NCBI GenBank assembly: GCA_964354105.1
Contig: CAYGXM010000003.1
Span: 789 to 64,788 of the forward strand
DNA from: Candidatus Woesearchaeota archaeon
GTDB taxonomy: Archaea; Nanobdellota; Nanobdellia; UBA10117
Length of the DNA stretch: 64,000 bases
Direction: 5' to 3'
The notes below the pieces were generated by a model. The model was given only the letters and a program-made list of their open reading frames with translations. It had not been told where the DNA came from and ran no database searches. The position numbers were made by a program, and so were the translations under genes. Shown piece by piece: positions 7,915-15,995 of this stretch. Each line of letters starts with the position of its first letter. The first letter of the stretch is position 1.

Positions 7915-9537
7915 TTAAGAACCCCCTGCTTTTGCATTAGAGCGCGATATCATACGAATTACATCGCGCACCACAAGTTTGATCTCCTGCCGTAATTCTT
8001 TCAAGCTGCGCGGTTCTTCAATGTTAATTAAGAAATCGTTGAAAAGTGCATATGCTTTTTTGTAATCAAACTTGTCGCTAGCTACATACGGATGCGCTGC
8101 ATTAACATATACTACTTTATGGCGGTCCGAAAAAGTAAACACGCGAGACCCCACACTTCCAGGATTAACGACCTTCATTGTATAAAATGTATGATCAGGT
8201 TCGTCTAAATGCCTATAAATTAAACACAGATTAGGGTAGATTTGTAAATGTGGCATATCCAAATACTTTGCTCTATCATAGAGAAAGTCATTTTCAAAAT
8301 CTTCAAATTTTCCCCAATTTTTCCAAAATTCATATGTAGACGCTTGGTTCGTCACAAGGGCGATATTATCTAATTCAGGACCTATAAAATCTTCAAAAGT
8401 CGAGAAATCTCCTAACTTTAAAATATATTTTTTATCGTTAAAAATTAACTTTTGTAATGTACTCATATTTTTTGGATGTCCGCTAGTTGCAAATGCAACA
8501 TCCTTAACAAGGTCGGCTAATTTACTTGCATCACTAGGATATTCTAACTTAACATGCCTTAGGTACTCTTCAAGTAAATCGTAGATGCAATCTACGGCTT
8601 TAAAGTAATTATCATTTTGTTTGAATTCGTCTCTTCCTTCAACAGGGTTGACGGCGGACGGGAAGTTTAAAACCGCTCCGAGCGAATCTGCAAAACGCTC
8701 GCGTACGCGCACGCCTTGTGAGACAAGCTTTACTCGCTCGTTATTATCTATAGCAAGAGAAACAAATTGTTTCAATTTTTTGCCTTTGACATCAAATTCA
8801 ACTTCGCGATGTAATCTGTCAGGGGTTTGCGGATTTATCTGCTCGTTATTTACGTAAATAGCCGCCTTTTGAATAGGTATGTCTGCCAGTTGATTAGCTA
8901 AATATTTCTGGAGCCCATCCAGATTGTTTTTTGTTCTAATTGTTACTTTTGTACTGCGTAAACCTGGGTGTAAATTTGTTACTTTTCTATTAAGCTTCAT
9001 TCTCAAGTCCGAAACTTCAGAACCCGTCGAATAAAATGTCATTTTATTGCATTCAAGTCCAGTATTTGTTTCGACGTCAATTGAATTTCGCAAATCTTTC
9101 AAACAATAGTTAAGCGTTGACAAAAATCCAACTCCAAATTTACCTATAGTCTCAATGCCTTCTTTCTGCGTACTAAATGGAACTATTAAATCACTTAATA
9201 CGTCATAAAGAGTCATTGCTTTGCCAGCATCGCATATCGTTACATATTTTGGTCGAGCTTCTACCCAGATATTATACTGTTCGCAGTTCTCAGGCTTTGC
9301 ATCTATTGAATTAAGAATTACCTCAAGCACAGGGCGTTCTTGCTCAGGGAATTGTTTTATGGCCTCTTCACGCATTATTTTTTCTATGAATTTTCTATTT
9401 GTGCTGTACACTTTTATTTCATCAAGAGGCTTATTTTGGTCTATTAAATCAACTATTCTCTGAAGATTGTCTATGTTCAATCCGGACAATATCCAATCGG
9501 TTAGTGGGAGATCATACTCTCGCGCAAATAAGGCCAT
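7915..9537 (-). CDS. 540-aa GHKL/Hsp90-like ATPase
   Basis: Motifs are LEVILNSIDAKPEN (N box), ICDAGKAMT (G1) and IGKFGVGFLS (compare Hsp90 IGQFGVGFYS). The ORF-track start 9546 is GTG. The first ATG at 9537 lies 1 nt after the upstream stop (TAATATG). Confidence 0.7.
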   Translation of the reverse strand: MALFAREYDLPLTDWILSGLNIDNLQRIVDLIDQNKPLDEIKVYSTNRKFIEKIMREEAIKQFPEQERPVLEVILNSIDAKPENCEQYNIWVEARPKYVTICDAGKAMTLYDVLSDLIVPFSTQKEGIETIGKFGVGFLSTLNYCLKDLRNSIDVETNTGLECNKMTFYSTGSEVSDLRMKLNRKVTNLHPGLRSTKVTIRTKNNLDGLQKYLANQLADIPIQKAAIYVNNEQINPQTPDRLHREVEFDVKGKKLKQFVSLAIDNNERVKLVSQGVRVRERFADSLGAVLNFPSAVNPVEGRDEFKQNDNYFKAVDCIYDLLEEYLRHVKLEYPSDASKLADLVKDVAFATSGHPKNMSTLQKLIFNDKKYILKLGDFSTFEDFIGPELDNIALVTNQASTYEFWKNWGKFEDFENDFLYDRAKYLDMPHLQIYPNLCLIYRHLDEPDHTFYTMKVVNPGSVGSRVFTFSDRHKVVYVNAAHPYVASDKFDYKKAYALFNDFLINIEEPRSLKELRQEIKLVVRDVIRMISRSNAKAGGS

Positions 9538-9538
9538 A

Positions 9539-11356
9539 TTAACCACTTCCTCCTAAACCGTCACGCGTAGTTTTAATACTTTTTTTAATAAAATCCGCTG
9601 CAGATTCTATTAAATTAACGTCAGCGCCTATACCTCTCATGGCCGAACTAAAGTTGTCCTCTTCGCCAATCTTAAATAACACAAACTTGTCGCAGCCGTC
9701 TTCAAGCATTGGTGCTATTGTATCAACCACTTGCGTAGAATTTACAAGCCCGCCGTCCGTAAGCATTATAGACATATAATTATCACGCCTCGTATCGTGC
9801 ACTTTTTTAAGGTCATTAATTTCAAGCACAGTATCTGAACCACCAAATTTAAACGCTTTTTGTTTTGCTTCGTCCAAGCCATCAAAGCGCTGCCAGTCAG
9901 AACTTTCTGTTTTATCTGAAAATACAGTAACGTTATAGTTTAGTAAATACTGCAGGCCTAAACTTTCAATTGTGTTAAGCGTTCCGTAAAAGCCAAGTAA
10001 TGCCAAATGATAAGGACTGCTGTTGTCAAATGGAATAAAATTCATACTGCCGCTGCGGTCTAAGATGAAATTCAAATCAGGAATTGCGCCAGTCTTTTTA
10101 TAATTCTGCGCTATCCTCAGCGTAATAGGATATACTTTCTGGAATAGTTCTATGTATGGCTGGCCGTTTGGCTGTTTAGCCAATCTTATTGATGACCAGT
10201 CAACTCTGTTAAAATCAATGTCCTCAAGTGATGTTTCCTCAGAGCCGACATATTTTGAAAATGCAAGGCCTGCGCATTCGACGTCAAGCTCTATCCTTTT
10301 CGCCGCTTCTCTATATTTTCTGTCAAGCTCTTCAAATGAATATACGAAATTGTTTACATCTCTAACTTTACTATATTTCCTTTTTTCAGGTTTTTTAGAA
10401 TCTGGCCTTCTATTATTATTGTTATCTCCCGTAGGAGTGTTTCCTTGGCCGCCATCCTCTTCATCCTGATTTTCCTGCTGGTCATCTTTTTGCTTGACTA
10501 ATTGGTATATATCCAAGGGAGCAAGTATCTTTGCATACTCTCTTGCTTTAGCTTTCCACGCAGGCATCTTTGCCACCTCATCACAAATTTTTCTCGAAGT
10601 TTTATCGTCGATGTTGCAGTCAAGCACAGCATCGCACAAATCTTTGTCCTCGCCCAAAATTACATTCAAGAGTTTTTTGCGCATGCGTTTGTAGCCAAGC
10701 ATATATTTATCGAGAAAGCTTCTGTTTACATATGTGAGATACGATTCGCCGTTCCATAAGTAAAGATTTGTATCCATGAAAAGGTTGAATGATTTCTCGG
10801 TGCGCTCGAAAATACTTTTATCCTTTTTTGAGAACTCAAAATTACTTAAATAAGACCAAAGCATCCCATGTTTAAATCTCTCAGCATCTTTGTCCTCGTA
10901 AGATAAGATAGTATTGGCTATCGTATCCATAAACATATTGCTAATGCGTTGCGTTTTAGCCATAACCATTATAGGTTTCCATTCGTGTAGAATTACACCT
11001 TCGCGTATGCCTTTGAGAATTTCTTGTGCGCCTTTTTCTGTTGCAGGGCAATGTCTTGCATGGCCTTCTTCATGGCTTATAAGTCCGTACAGCGAATCGC
11101 ACGCCAATTCTTTTGTAGAGTCTTTCATGGCATGCTTGTATCTTAAATGATCGAGCACGTCGTAAAATTCAGGCCGAACGCCAATTCTTACCTGGTTTGA
11201 TAGCATATTAATATAAGCAAATGAGAGTGTAGGTATTTCTGGCTGAACTGTAAACTCTAAACTGGAAATTAGGTTTTTTTCTTGTAGCATCGCCTCGCAA
11301 GCTTGCCTTAGTTCTCCAATCTTAACTTCATTTTTGGTTGCCATTTTAATCTTCAT
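9539..11356 (-). CDS. predicted HExxH metallopeptidase-like domain fused to a C-terminal vWA (MIDAS) domain
   Basis: HExxH (SHEEGH, 11060-11074). An acidic/Asn-rich linker follows (QENQDEEDGGQGNTPTGDNNNN). The vWA MIDAS DxSxS motif is ILDRSGSM (10043-10060). An alternative ATG at 11344 lies 1 nt after the upstream stop. Confidence 0.75.
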   Translation of the reverse strand: MKIKMATKNEVKIGELRQACEAMLQEKNLISSLEFTVQPEIPTLSFAYINMLSNQVRIGVRPEFYDVLDHLRYKHAMKDSTKELACDSLYGLISHEEGHARHCPATEKGAQEILKGIREGVILHEWKPIMVMAKTQRISNMFMDTIANTILSYEDKDAERFKHGMLWSYLSNFEFSKKDKSIFERTEKSFNLFMDTNLYLWNGESYLTYVNRSFLDKYMLGYKRMRKKLLNVILGEDKDLCDAVLDCNIDDKTSRKICDEVAKMPAWKAKAREYAKILAPLDIYQLVKQKDDQQENQDEEDGGQGNTPTGDNNNNRRPDSKKPEKRKYSKVRDVNNFVYSFEELDRKYREAAKRIELDVECAGLAFSKYVGSEETSLEDIDFNRVDWSSIRLAKQPNGQPYIELFQKVYPITLRIAQNYKKTGAIPDLNFILDRSGSMNFIPFDNSSPYHLALLGFYGTLNTIESLGLQYLLNYNVTVFSDKTESSDWQRFDGLDEAKQKAFKFGGSDTVLEINDLKKVHDTRRDNYMSIMLTDGGLVNSTQVVDTIAPMLEDGCDKFVLFKIGEEDNFSSAMRGIGADVNLIESAADFIKKSIKTTRDGLGGSG

Positions 11357-12095
11357 TTACAGTCATGTACTGCGAAGGATTTCCAGTAAAGCGTTTTACT
11401 ATGAGTTTGAAAAGAGAATTTAGCTCTTCAAAACAAGGTTCAGGCAATGGATCTTTGTGTATTGTATGTATATTGTATAGCCAGTCATAAGTTTTATTGG
11501 GATTTTTTCTAATGTTGCAGGTGCTAATCATAACTTCACTGTATTCGTCCACGATTCCGCGTCTATACTCAAGTACCAAATGTGTTGCACCATCCAGTAT
11601 TTTTCGGATTCTTTCATCCTTGGTTTCCAGCAAATCGGAAATTGAACTAGGCGCGGAAAGCTGACCCTTTGCTATTCTTATACAATCTTCAATTCCAAAA
11701 ATGTCTAATTTCAACGGGCCTCTGGTGATGTAACCTTGCTCTAGCTCTTTTTTATCATATACCTTTATGTCAAAATTGCGCAGCTCTTGATTATCGAAAT
11801 GAAGCGTGATATTGTGTCTTCGAAGTTTATCCAGAATGCTCTGCCAGCTTTGCGCAGTTCCAACAATGTTTAAATCAACTACATCAACGCGTTCAGGACC
11901 ATATTTGAGGCTGAGCGCAAGTCTTGCACTATCTTTAGTGTAGTCTTTGTTAAATGTTACACTAAGATTATGTTCTCTTGCTTTAGTTTGTTCAATTGCC
12001 AACTGCACAAATGGCCTAATGTCTTTCGCATTAAATTTGTGGTCAAAAACTTCAGGGTAAAATTGCTCTTCAAATTTTTTGGGATCGAGAGGCAT
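11346..12095 (-). CDS. hypothetical protein (249 aa), operon member
   Basis: ATG at 12095 is preceded by GGAGG (minus-strand sequence TTAGGAGGACTCAAAATG). No motif recognised. It is tightly packed between the AAA+ and vWA genes. Confidence 0.6.
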   Translation of the reverse strand: MPLDPKKFEEQFYPEVFDHKFNAKDIRPFVQLAIEQTKAREHNLSVTFNKDYTKDSARLALSLKYGPERVDVVDLNIVGTAQSWQSILDKLRRHNITLHFDNQELRNFDIKVYDKKELEQGYITRGPLKLDIFGIEDCIRIAKGQLSAPSSISDLLETKDERIRKILDGATHLVLEYRRGIVDEYSEVMISTCNIRKNPNKTYDWLYNIHTIHKDPLPEPCFEELNSLFKLIVKRFTGNPSQYMTVNED

Positions 12096-12106
12096 TTTGA
12101 GTCCTC

Positions 12107-13693
12107 CTAATAAAGGTCCGTGCTGCCTTCAGTGATTTTTTTTGCAGGCTTGTTATACGCTTCAAGCACAACATGTAGCCAAGGATTATTCATATCACAA
12201 TCATTCTTAATTTTAGCCAGCGTGTCTTTATCAGCGGTGCCATTTACAACTGCTGCAAGATCTTGCGGGCCAATTTGCTGCAAACCTTCCATAAACTTTT
12301 TTTCCGCCCTATCTAGGAAAAATTCGACAGCAGCTAGTTTGTTTCCACCGAAGTTTTTGGTTACGTATGGTTGTGAAATATTTATTTTAGAGTATGCAAC
12401 AAAGCCGAGTGCAGCTTTAATATCGCCTATCTCTACTTCTAATTGGTTGGCATATTTTTTTACAGCTTGCTTTGCGAGCTGCTCATCAGTAATATTGCTT
12501 CCATTATCGACATAATTTCGTAATGAGTCCTTGAATTTTGTAGGATTTTTTATAGTATATGATAGTGGTATGCTGTTTTGGCCGCCTGTTAGATAGCCGT
12601 GCACAAGTTCTGCAAATTTTGTAGCCCTAATAGCAGCAAGTCCGCGCGCAATCAGAACAGTGTTTTTTGCCACGCCAGGAGTTAAACCACGTACATTTGG
12701 ACACAACTCTTTGCCGTCCTTATCGGTTCCATCAAGAATTTCGAGAAGACCGCAACGTGTGTGCACACTGCGGGCATCTAAGGCATCAGCATCGCCTGAA
12801 CAAAGTTTTCTTACTTGTTCTGGTGAAACCGCGCCTTTGCCTCGCTTCAATTTTTTGCAGTAATCAAATGCGCTAAGATATGAAACAAACATTTCTGCAT
12901 TAGGATTTACTGGAATGTTGCCAAGTTCTTTGTAAATGCAAAGCACATCTTCTAAGTTATCTGCTTTGTTGTTGAGGTCTATTTTTCTAGTTCTGCTTCG
13001 TTGTATTTCCAGCTTGTCGTGTGATGTTGGTGGAAAAGCATCTATTGGAATTTCAATCAAAGCTCGCCTTCGTGCAGCCTTGTCCATACCAAACGTGCCT
13101 GTGTAGTCTTCACCTTCATTTATGGCCATTATTTGAAATTGATAGCGCTGATTATTCCCGATGTCTGCGCCGATCAAGGCTCTCTTGCCATCAGGAAGAC
13201 TAATATCACCATCAAGAACGTGCATCAATTTATTCAGCAAAACAGCATGAGATCTGTTGAATTCATCTATAATCAATCCAGGCTTCAAAAAGAAAGCCCT
13301 CAAACTGTAAAATCCGTCAGATGATTTTTTACCTTCCGTTATAACGGAATAATCAATATCTGTAAAGGCTTCCTTGCCAAAATCAGTGTCGACATCGATT
13401 CTGTGCCAACCATCATTCTCCTGCCCAAAAAGCGCGTTCATTGTCAATTTTGCTAGTGTAGTTTTTCCAGTGTCTGTTCCACCAGTCAGCAAAACGGGAG
13501 AATTTGTTAAAGCACCGCTAAGCAGAATATCTTTAATTCCATAATGGACTGTAAACATGTGTTTTTGCTTTGATTCGTCAAGTATGATTTGGCTGTCTGA
13601 GTTGGCTAGTACAGCAGAATGTTGGTAGGGATTTGTGTTGTTGTAAAGTGCATACCTAAGCTTATGGGCCTTCTCCAAGATACCAATTTCCAT
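12107..13693 (-). CDS. MoxR/AAA_5-type AAA+ ATPase (528 aa)
   Basis: Walker A LLTGGTDTGKTT, Walker B GLIIDEFNRS, sensor-1-like MAINEG and the Arg cluster AARRRAL. A single AAA+ module is followed by about 300 aa of C-terminal extension. It is the first gene of the operon. Confidence 0.8.
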   Translation of the reverse strand: MEIGILEKAHKLRYALYNNTNPYQHSAVLANSDSQIILDESKQKHMFTVHYGIKDILLSGALTNSPVLLTGGTDTGKTTLAKLTMNALFGQENDGWHRIDVDTDFGKEAFTDIDYSVITEGKKSSDGFYSLRAFFLKPGLIIDEFNRSHAVLLNKLMHVLDGDISLPDGKRALIGADIGNNQRYQFQIMAINEGEDYTGTFGMDKAARRRALIEIPIDAFPPTSHDKLEIQRSRTRKIDLNNKADNLEDVLCIYKELGNIPVNPNAEMFVSYLSAFDYCKKLKRGKGAVSPEQVRKLCSGDADALDARSVHTRCGLLEILDGTDKDGKELCPNVRGLTPGVAKNTVLIARGLAAIRATKFAELVHGYLTGGQNSIPLSYTIKNPTKFKDSLRNYVDNGSNITDEQLAKQAVKKYANQLEVEIGDIKAALGFVAYSKINISQPYVTKNFGGNKLAAVEFFLDRAEKKFMEGLQQIGPQDLAAVVNGTADKDTLAKIKNDCDMNNPWLHVVLEAYNKPAKKITEGSTDLY

Positions 13694-13713
13694 ATACCAA
13701 ATAAATAACTTCA

Positions 13714-13727
13714 GTTTATAAGTGTTT
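13714..13727 (-). promoter_or_regulatory. TATA-like box for the five-gene operon
   Basis: The minus strand reads AAACACTTATAAAC, with its core centred about 24.5 nt upstream of the ATG at 13693. That suggests a leaderless or near-leaderless transcript. Confidence 0.4.
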
Positions 13728-13779
13728 CATATAATTTTGATATATTATGCAATTAACGTATGATGCTCAAACCTAACCT

Positions 13780-14112
13780 TTAATCCAGCTCTGGCTTATC
13801 CCACCACCAGTTGTATTCAACAGGTTTTAACTGCACGGTGGCCTCCAGACCATTAATTTTTAACCTGGCAGATACGTCAGCAGCTTCTTTTAATGCTATT
13901 TGTTCGTTTTCATCAGGGCTTTTTTGGGAAGTCAAATCATAGAGGCTGGCTTTTCGTTTCCCTGCAAGAAGCATTATGTTATGATGATATTTGTTGTCTT
14001 TCCAGAGAGAGATTTCTTCATACTTTGCAATAATAACTTCTACTCTTTTGTGGCCCTCTCTTCTTGCAGCTTCAACAAACCTGCCAAAGGTTTTAGTATT
14101 ATAAGCAGTCAT
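13780..14112 (-). CDS. hypothetical protein (110 aa)
   Basis: ATG-started ORF on the same strand, 86 nt upstream of the operon. No motif recognised. Confidence 0.5.
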   Translation of the reverse strand: MTAYNTKTFGRFVEAARREGHKRVEVIIAKYEEISLWKDNKYHHNIMLLAGKRKASLYDLTSQKSPDENEQIALKEAADVSARLKINGLEATVQLKPVEYNWWWDKPELD

Positions 14113-14132
14113 GATAGAATAAGTTACAGAAG

Positions 14133-14141
14133 CCTTTTAAG
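14133..14141. promoter_or_regulatory. single central TATA-like box (CCTTTTAAG) in a 51-bp divergent intergenic region
   Basis: The core TTTTAA (14135-14140) is 25.5 nt from the minus-strand ATG (14112) and 26.5 nt from the plus-strand ATG (14164). Confidence 0.4.
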
Positions 14142-14163
14142 TTTTTCAGAGGTATTATCGCGC

Positions 14164-14514
14164 ATGTTAGAGGTTGTTGTCACAGACGTAGGTCAGAATT
14201 ATAGGGAAAAAGTCGGGAAGCTTACGAAAGAGCTGGGTGAAATAAAGATCAAAGTTACAACAGATTATTTAAGAGAGTATTACAATTTAAAATTCAGTTG
14301 CCCTAATTCGCTGGCGCTTACACAAGAGCAGGAAAAGAAATTTGGCGAGGTTTTGGAGAAAATATTTTATTACGAGAAGAAGTCTGCCCAGCCCAGTAAA
14401 AATAAAGTTGATTATGGCTTGGCAAATAAAGCTCTCAAAAAACAACGGATGTTTTGGGGTTATGGAACAGTTAGGATTTATTTGGAAAACTTGCAAACGT
14501 ATGATTTAAAATAG
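14164..14514 (+). CDS. hypothetical protein (116 aa)
   Basis: The ORF track gives 13900..14514, but its first 88 aa are antisense to 13780..14112. The internal ATG at 14164 (MLEVVVTDVGQNYREK...) fits the TATA spacing. Confidence 0.45.
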   Translation: MLEVVVTDVGQNYREKVGKLTKELGEIKIKVTTDYLREYYNLKFSCPNSLALTQEQEKKFGEVLEKIFYYEKKSAQPSKNKVDYGLANKALKKQRMFWGYGTVRIYLENLQTYDLK

Positions 14515-14562
14515 ATTTTTAATCTTTTTTAATTTCTATGACAATGTCTGGCTTAAAGGATT

Positions 14563-14574
14563 AAGCTTTTTAAC
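14563..14574 (+). promoter_or_regulatory. BRE/TATA-like box for tRNA-Thr
   Basis: AAGCTTTTTAAC, with its core centred 27.5 nt upstream of the tRNA 5' end at 14598. Confidence 0.5.
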
Positions 14575-14597
14575 TATTAACAAATCAGCCATTGCAT

Positions 14598-14741
14598 GCC
14601 TCGGTAGCTCAGCCAGGAAGAGCGTTAGGTTTTCAAAAAAGAGATGGAAATCCGCTAAGCCTTGGTATGCGCAAAGTCCCCTTTGCGGGATTGATTGCAT
14701 CAATAAGGCAAAGGTCGCCGGTTCGATTCCGGCCCGAGGCA
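14598..14741 (+). tRNA. tRNA-Thr (anticodon GGT) with two predicted introns (32 nt at 28/29, 38 nt at 37/38)
   Basis: Acceptor GCCTCGG/CCGAGGC. D arm GCTC-AGCCAGGAA-GAGC. T arm GCCGG-TTCGATT-CCGGC. Removing 14627-14658 and 14668-14705 gives a perfect anticodon arm TTGCC-TTGGTAA-GGCAA and a 74-nt mature tRNA. The isotype depends on this splice model. Confidence 0.7.
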
Positions 14742-14786
14742 GCTTTTCAAAAGGTTTAAATCTCTTTAGCATTAAATTATAGTCCC

Positions 14787-15995
14787 ATGGCTCCAAAAAA
14801 TAAAAAAGAACAAGACAAAGCTGGCGTATTACGAGCGAAAGATGACTTATTAGATGATGTTTCAGAGCCTACAGACACTTTCCAGCGTATAGATTCTTCT
14901 GTGCTCAAAAAAGACTTAGAAGATGTGATATCTGCTATCGGTAATGAGCAAGCCCCAGATGTAGAGCGTTGCGAAAAGGCGTTAAGCCAATTGCAAACAT
15001 TGGGGACCCAGGCTGCCGAGAAAGCCTTTTTCGATGCGAAATTAGCAGTTATAGAAGTCAAAAAAACAGGTAGCGACATAGCTTTCTTGCGAGATTACCT
15101 CAAACTCGCAAAAGACGCACTGGACTCTGGAAAATACGCAGAAGCTTACAAGCAATCCATTCTTGCGAAAAAGGAAGCTGAAAAGCAAGAAGCAGTCTAT
15201 GCTGAAACCTTCGAAGCAATGAGCGTTGCTGCAGGTCTTATCGGAGAAGCAAAAAAGTTTAACGTTGATGCTACAAAAGCAATAGAGAAGCTTCTTGCAG
15301 GAAGGGTGGCATTTGAAAAGTGTGATTATGCAGCGGCCATGCAGTATGCCGTTGAATGCAGGGACGAAGCAAAGAAAATCATGAGTAGGTTCACGTCAGC
15401 AAAGAAAATAATTACAGTCACTGAGCAGGTTGCACTTGCTGATAAATTTGGATACGATGCGAGCAAAGCAAAAGAAACTCTGGAACGCGCAGTAGCCCTA
15501 ATAAAATCAGGAGATTATGTAACTGCCATGGATGTGGCGAACCTTGCCGAAAGCGAGGCGGATAAGATACTAACTGATAATATAGGAGCTTCTATAGCGA
15601 CTACAGCAAGTTTAGTAGATGCCGCAGGTAAAAGCAGCTTTGCTTCTGAACGTGCAACCAAATATATATCCGACGCTAGAGACGCTTTAGTTGGCAAGAG
15701 TTATGAACAAGCTGTAGAATATACAAATTTTGCAAGGGATGTGCTTGACAAAGTTGCTGGAGCAGCTGAGAACATTATGAGTGCATTTTCTGAAAAGTCC
15801 AAAACTTTGGAAATGCAGATCGAAGATGCAGAAAAATTGCAGATTAATATACCCGAGGCAAAGAAAATTTATACATCTGCAACAGAAGCCTTCAAAACAA
15901 AAAATTACCAGCAAGCCACAACACTTCTAGATTTGGCGTCTAAGAAGCTTATATCTGAAATTTTGGAAAATTACAAATTCGGCCAGAAAGCTTAG
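14787..15995 (+). CDS. Ala-rich helical-repeat protein (402 aa)
   Basis: A motif of the type G(D/K)Y-x2-A-x3-A recurs about every 45-50 aa (GKYAEAYKQS, CDYAAAMQYA, GDYVTAMDVA, KSYEQAVEYT, KNYQQATTLL). A TATA-like AAAGGTTTAAATC lies about 29 nt upstream of the ATG. Confidence 0.6.
   Translation: MAPKNKKEQDKAGVLRAKDDLLDDVSEPTDTFQRIDSSVLKKDLEDVISAIGNEQAPDVERCEKALSQLQTLGTQAAEKAFFDAKLAVIEVKKTGSDIAFLRDYLKLAKDALDSGKYAEAYKQSILAKKEAEKQEAVYAETFEAMSVAAGLIGEAKKFNVDATKAIEKLLAGRVAFEKCDYAAAMQYAVECRDEAKKIMSRFTSAKKIITVTEQVALADKFGYDASKAKETLERAVALIKSGDYVTAMDVANLAESEADKILTDNIGASIATTASLVDAAGKSSFASERATKYISDARDALVGKSYEQAVEYTNFARDVLDKVAGAAENIMSAFSEKSKTLEMQIEDAEKLQINIPEAKKIYTSATEAFKTKNYQQATTLLDLASKKLISEILENYKFGQKA

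Noticed and set aside
13900-14163. 5' extension of the plus-strand ORF 13900..14514
   Set aside because: It is antisense to the 110-aa gene 13780..14112 and spans the promoter region. The internal ATG 14164 has correct TATA spacing.
14598-14741. Alternative model of this tRNA as tRNA-Glu(UUC), with introns of 17 and 53 nt
   Set aside because: The in-register loop TTTTCAA looked attractive. But that model needs a G31:G39 mismatch and an intron at 43/44, and the D arm is not Glu-like. The Thr(GGU) model gives a perfect 5-bp stem.
14536-15079. Minus-strand ORFs 14536..14796 (86 aa) and 14777..15079 (100 aa)
   Set aside because: The first is antisense to tRNA-Thr. The second is antisense to the 5' end of the 402-aa repeat-protein gene. 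Neither has a motif or plausible start context.
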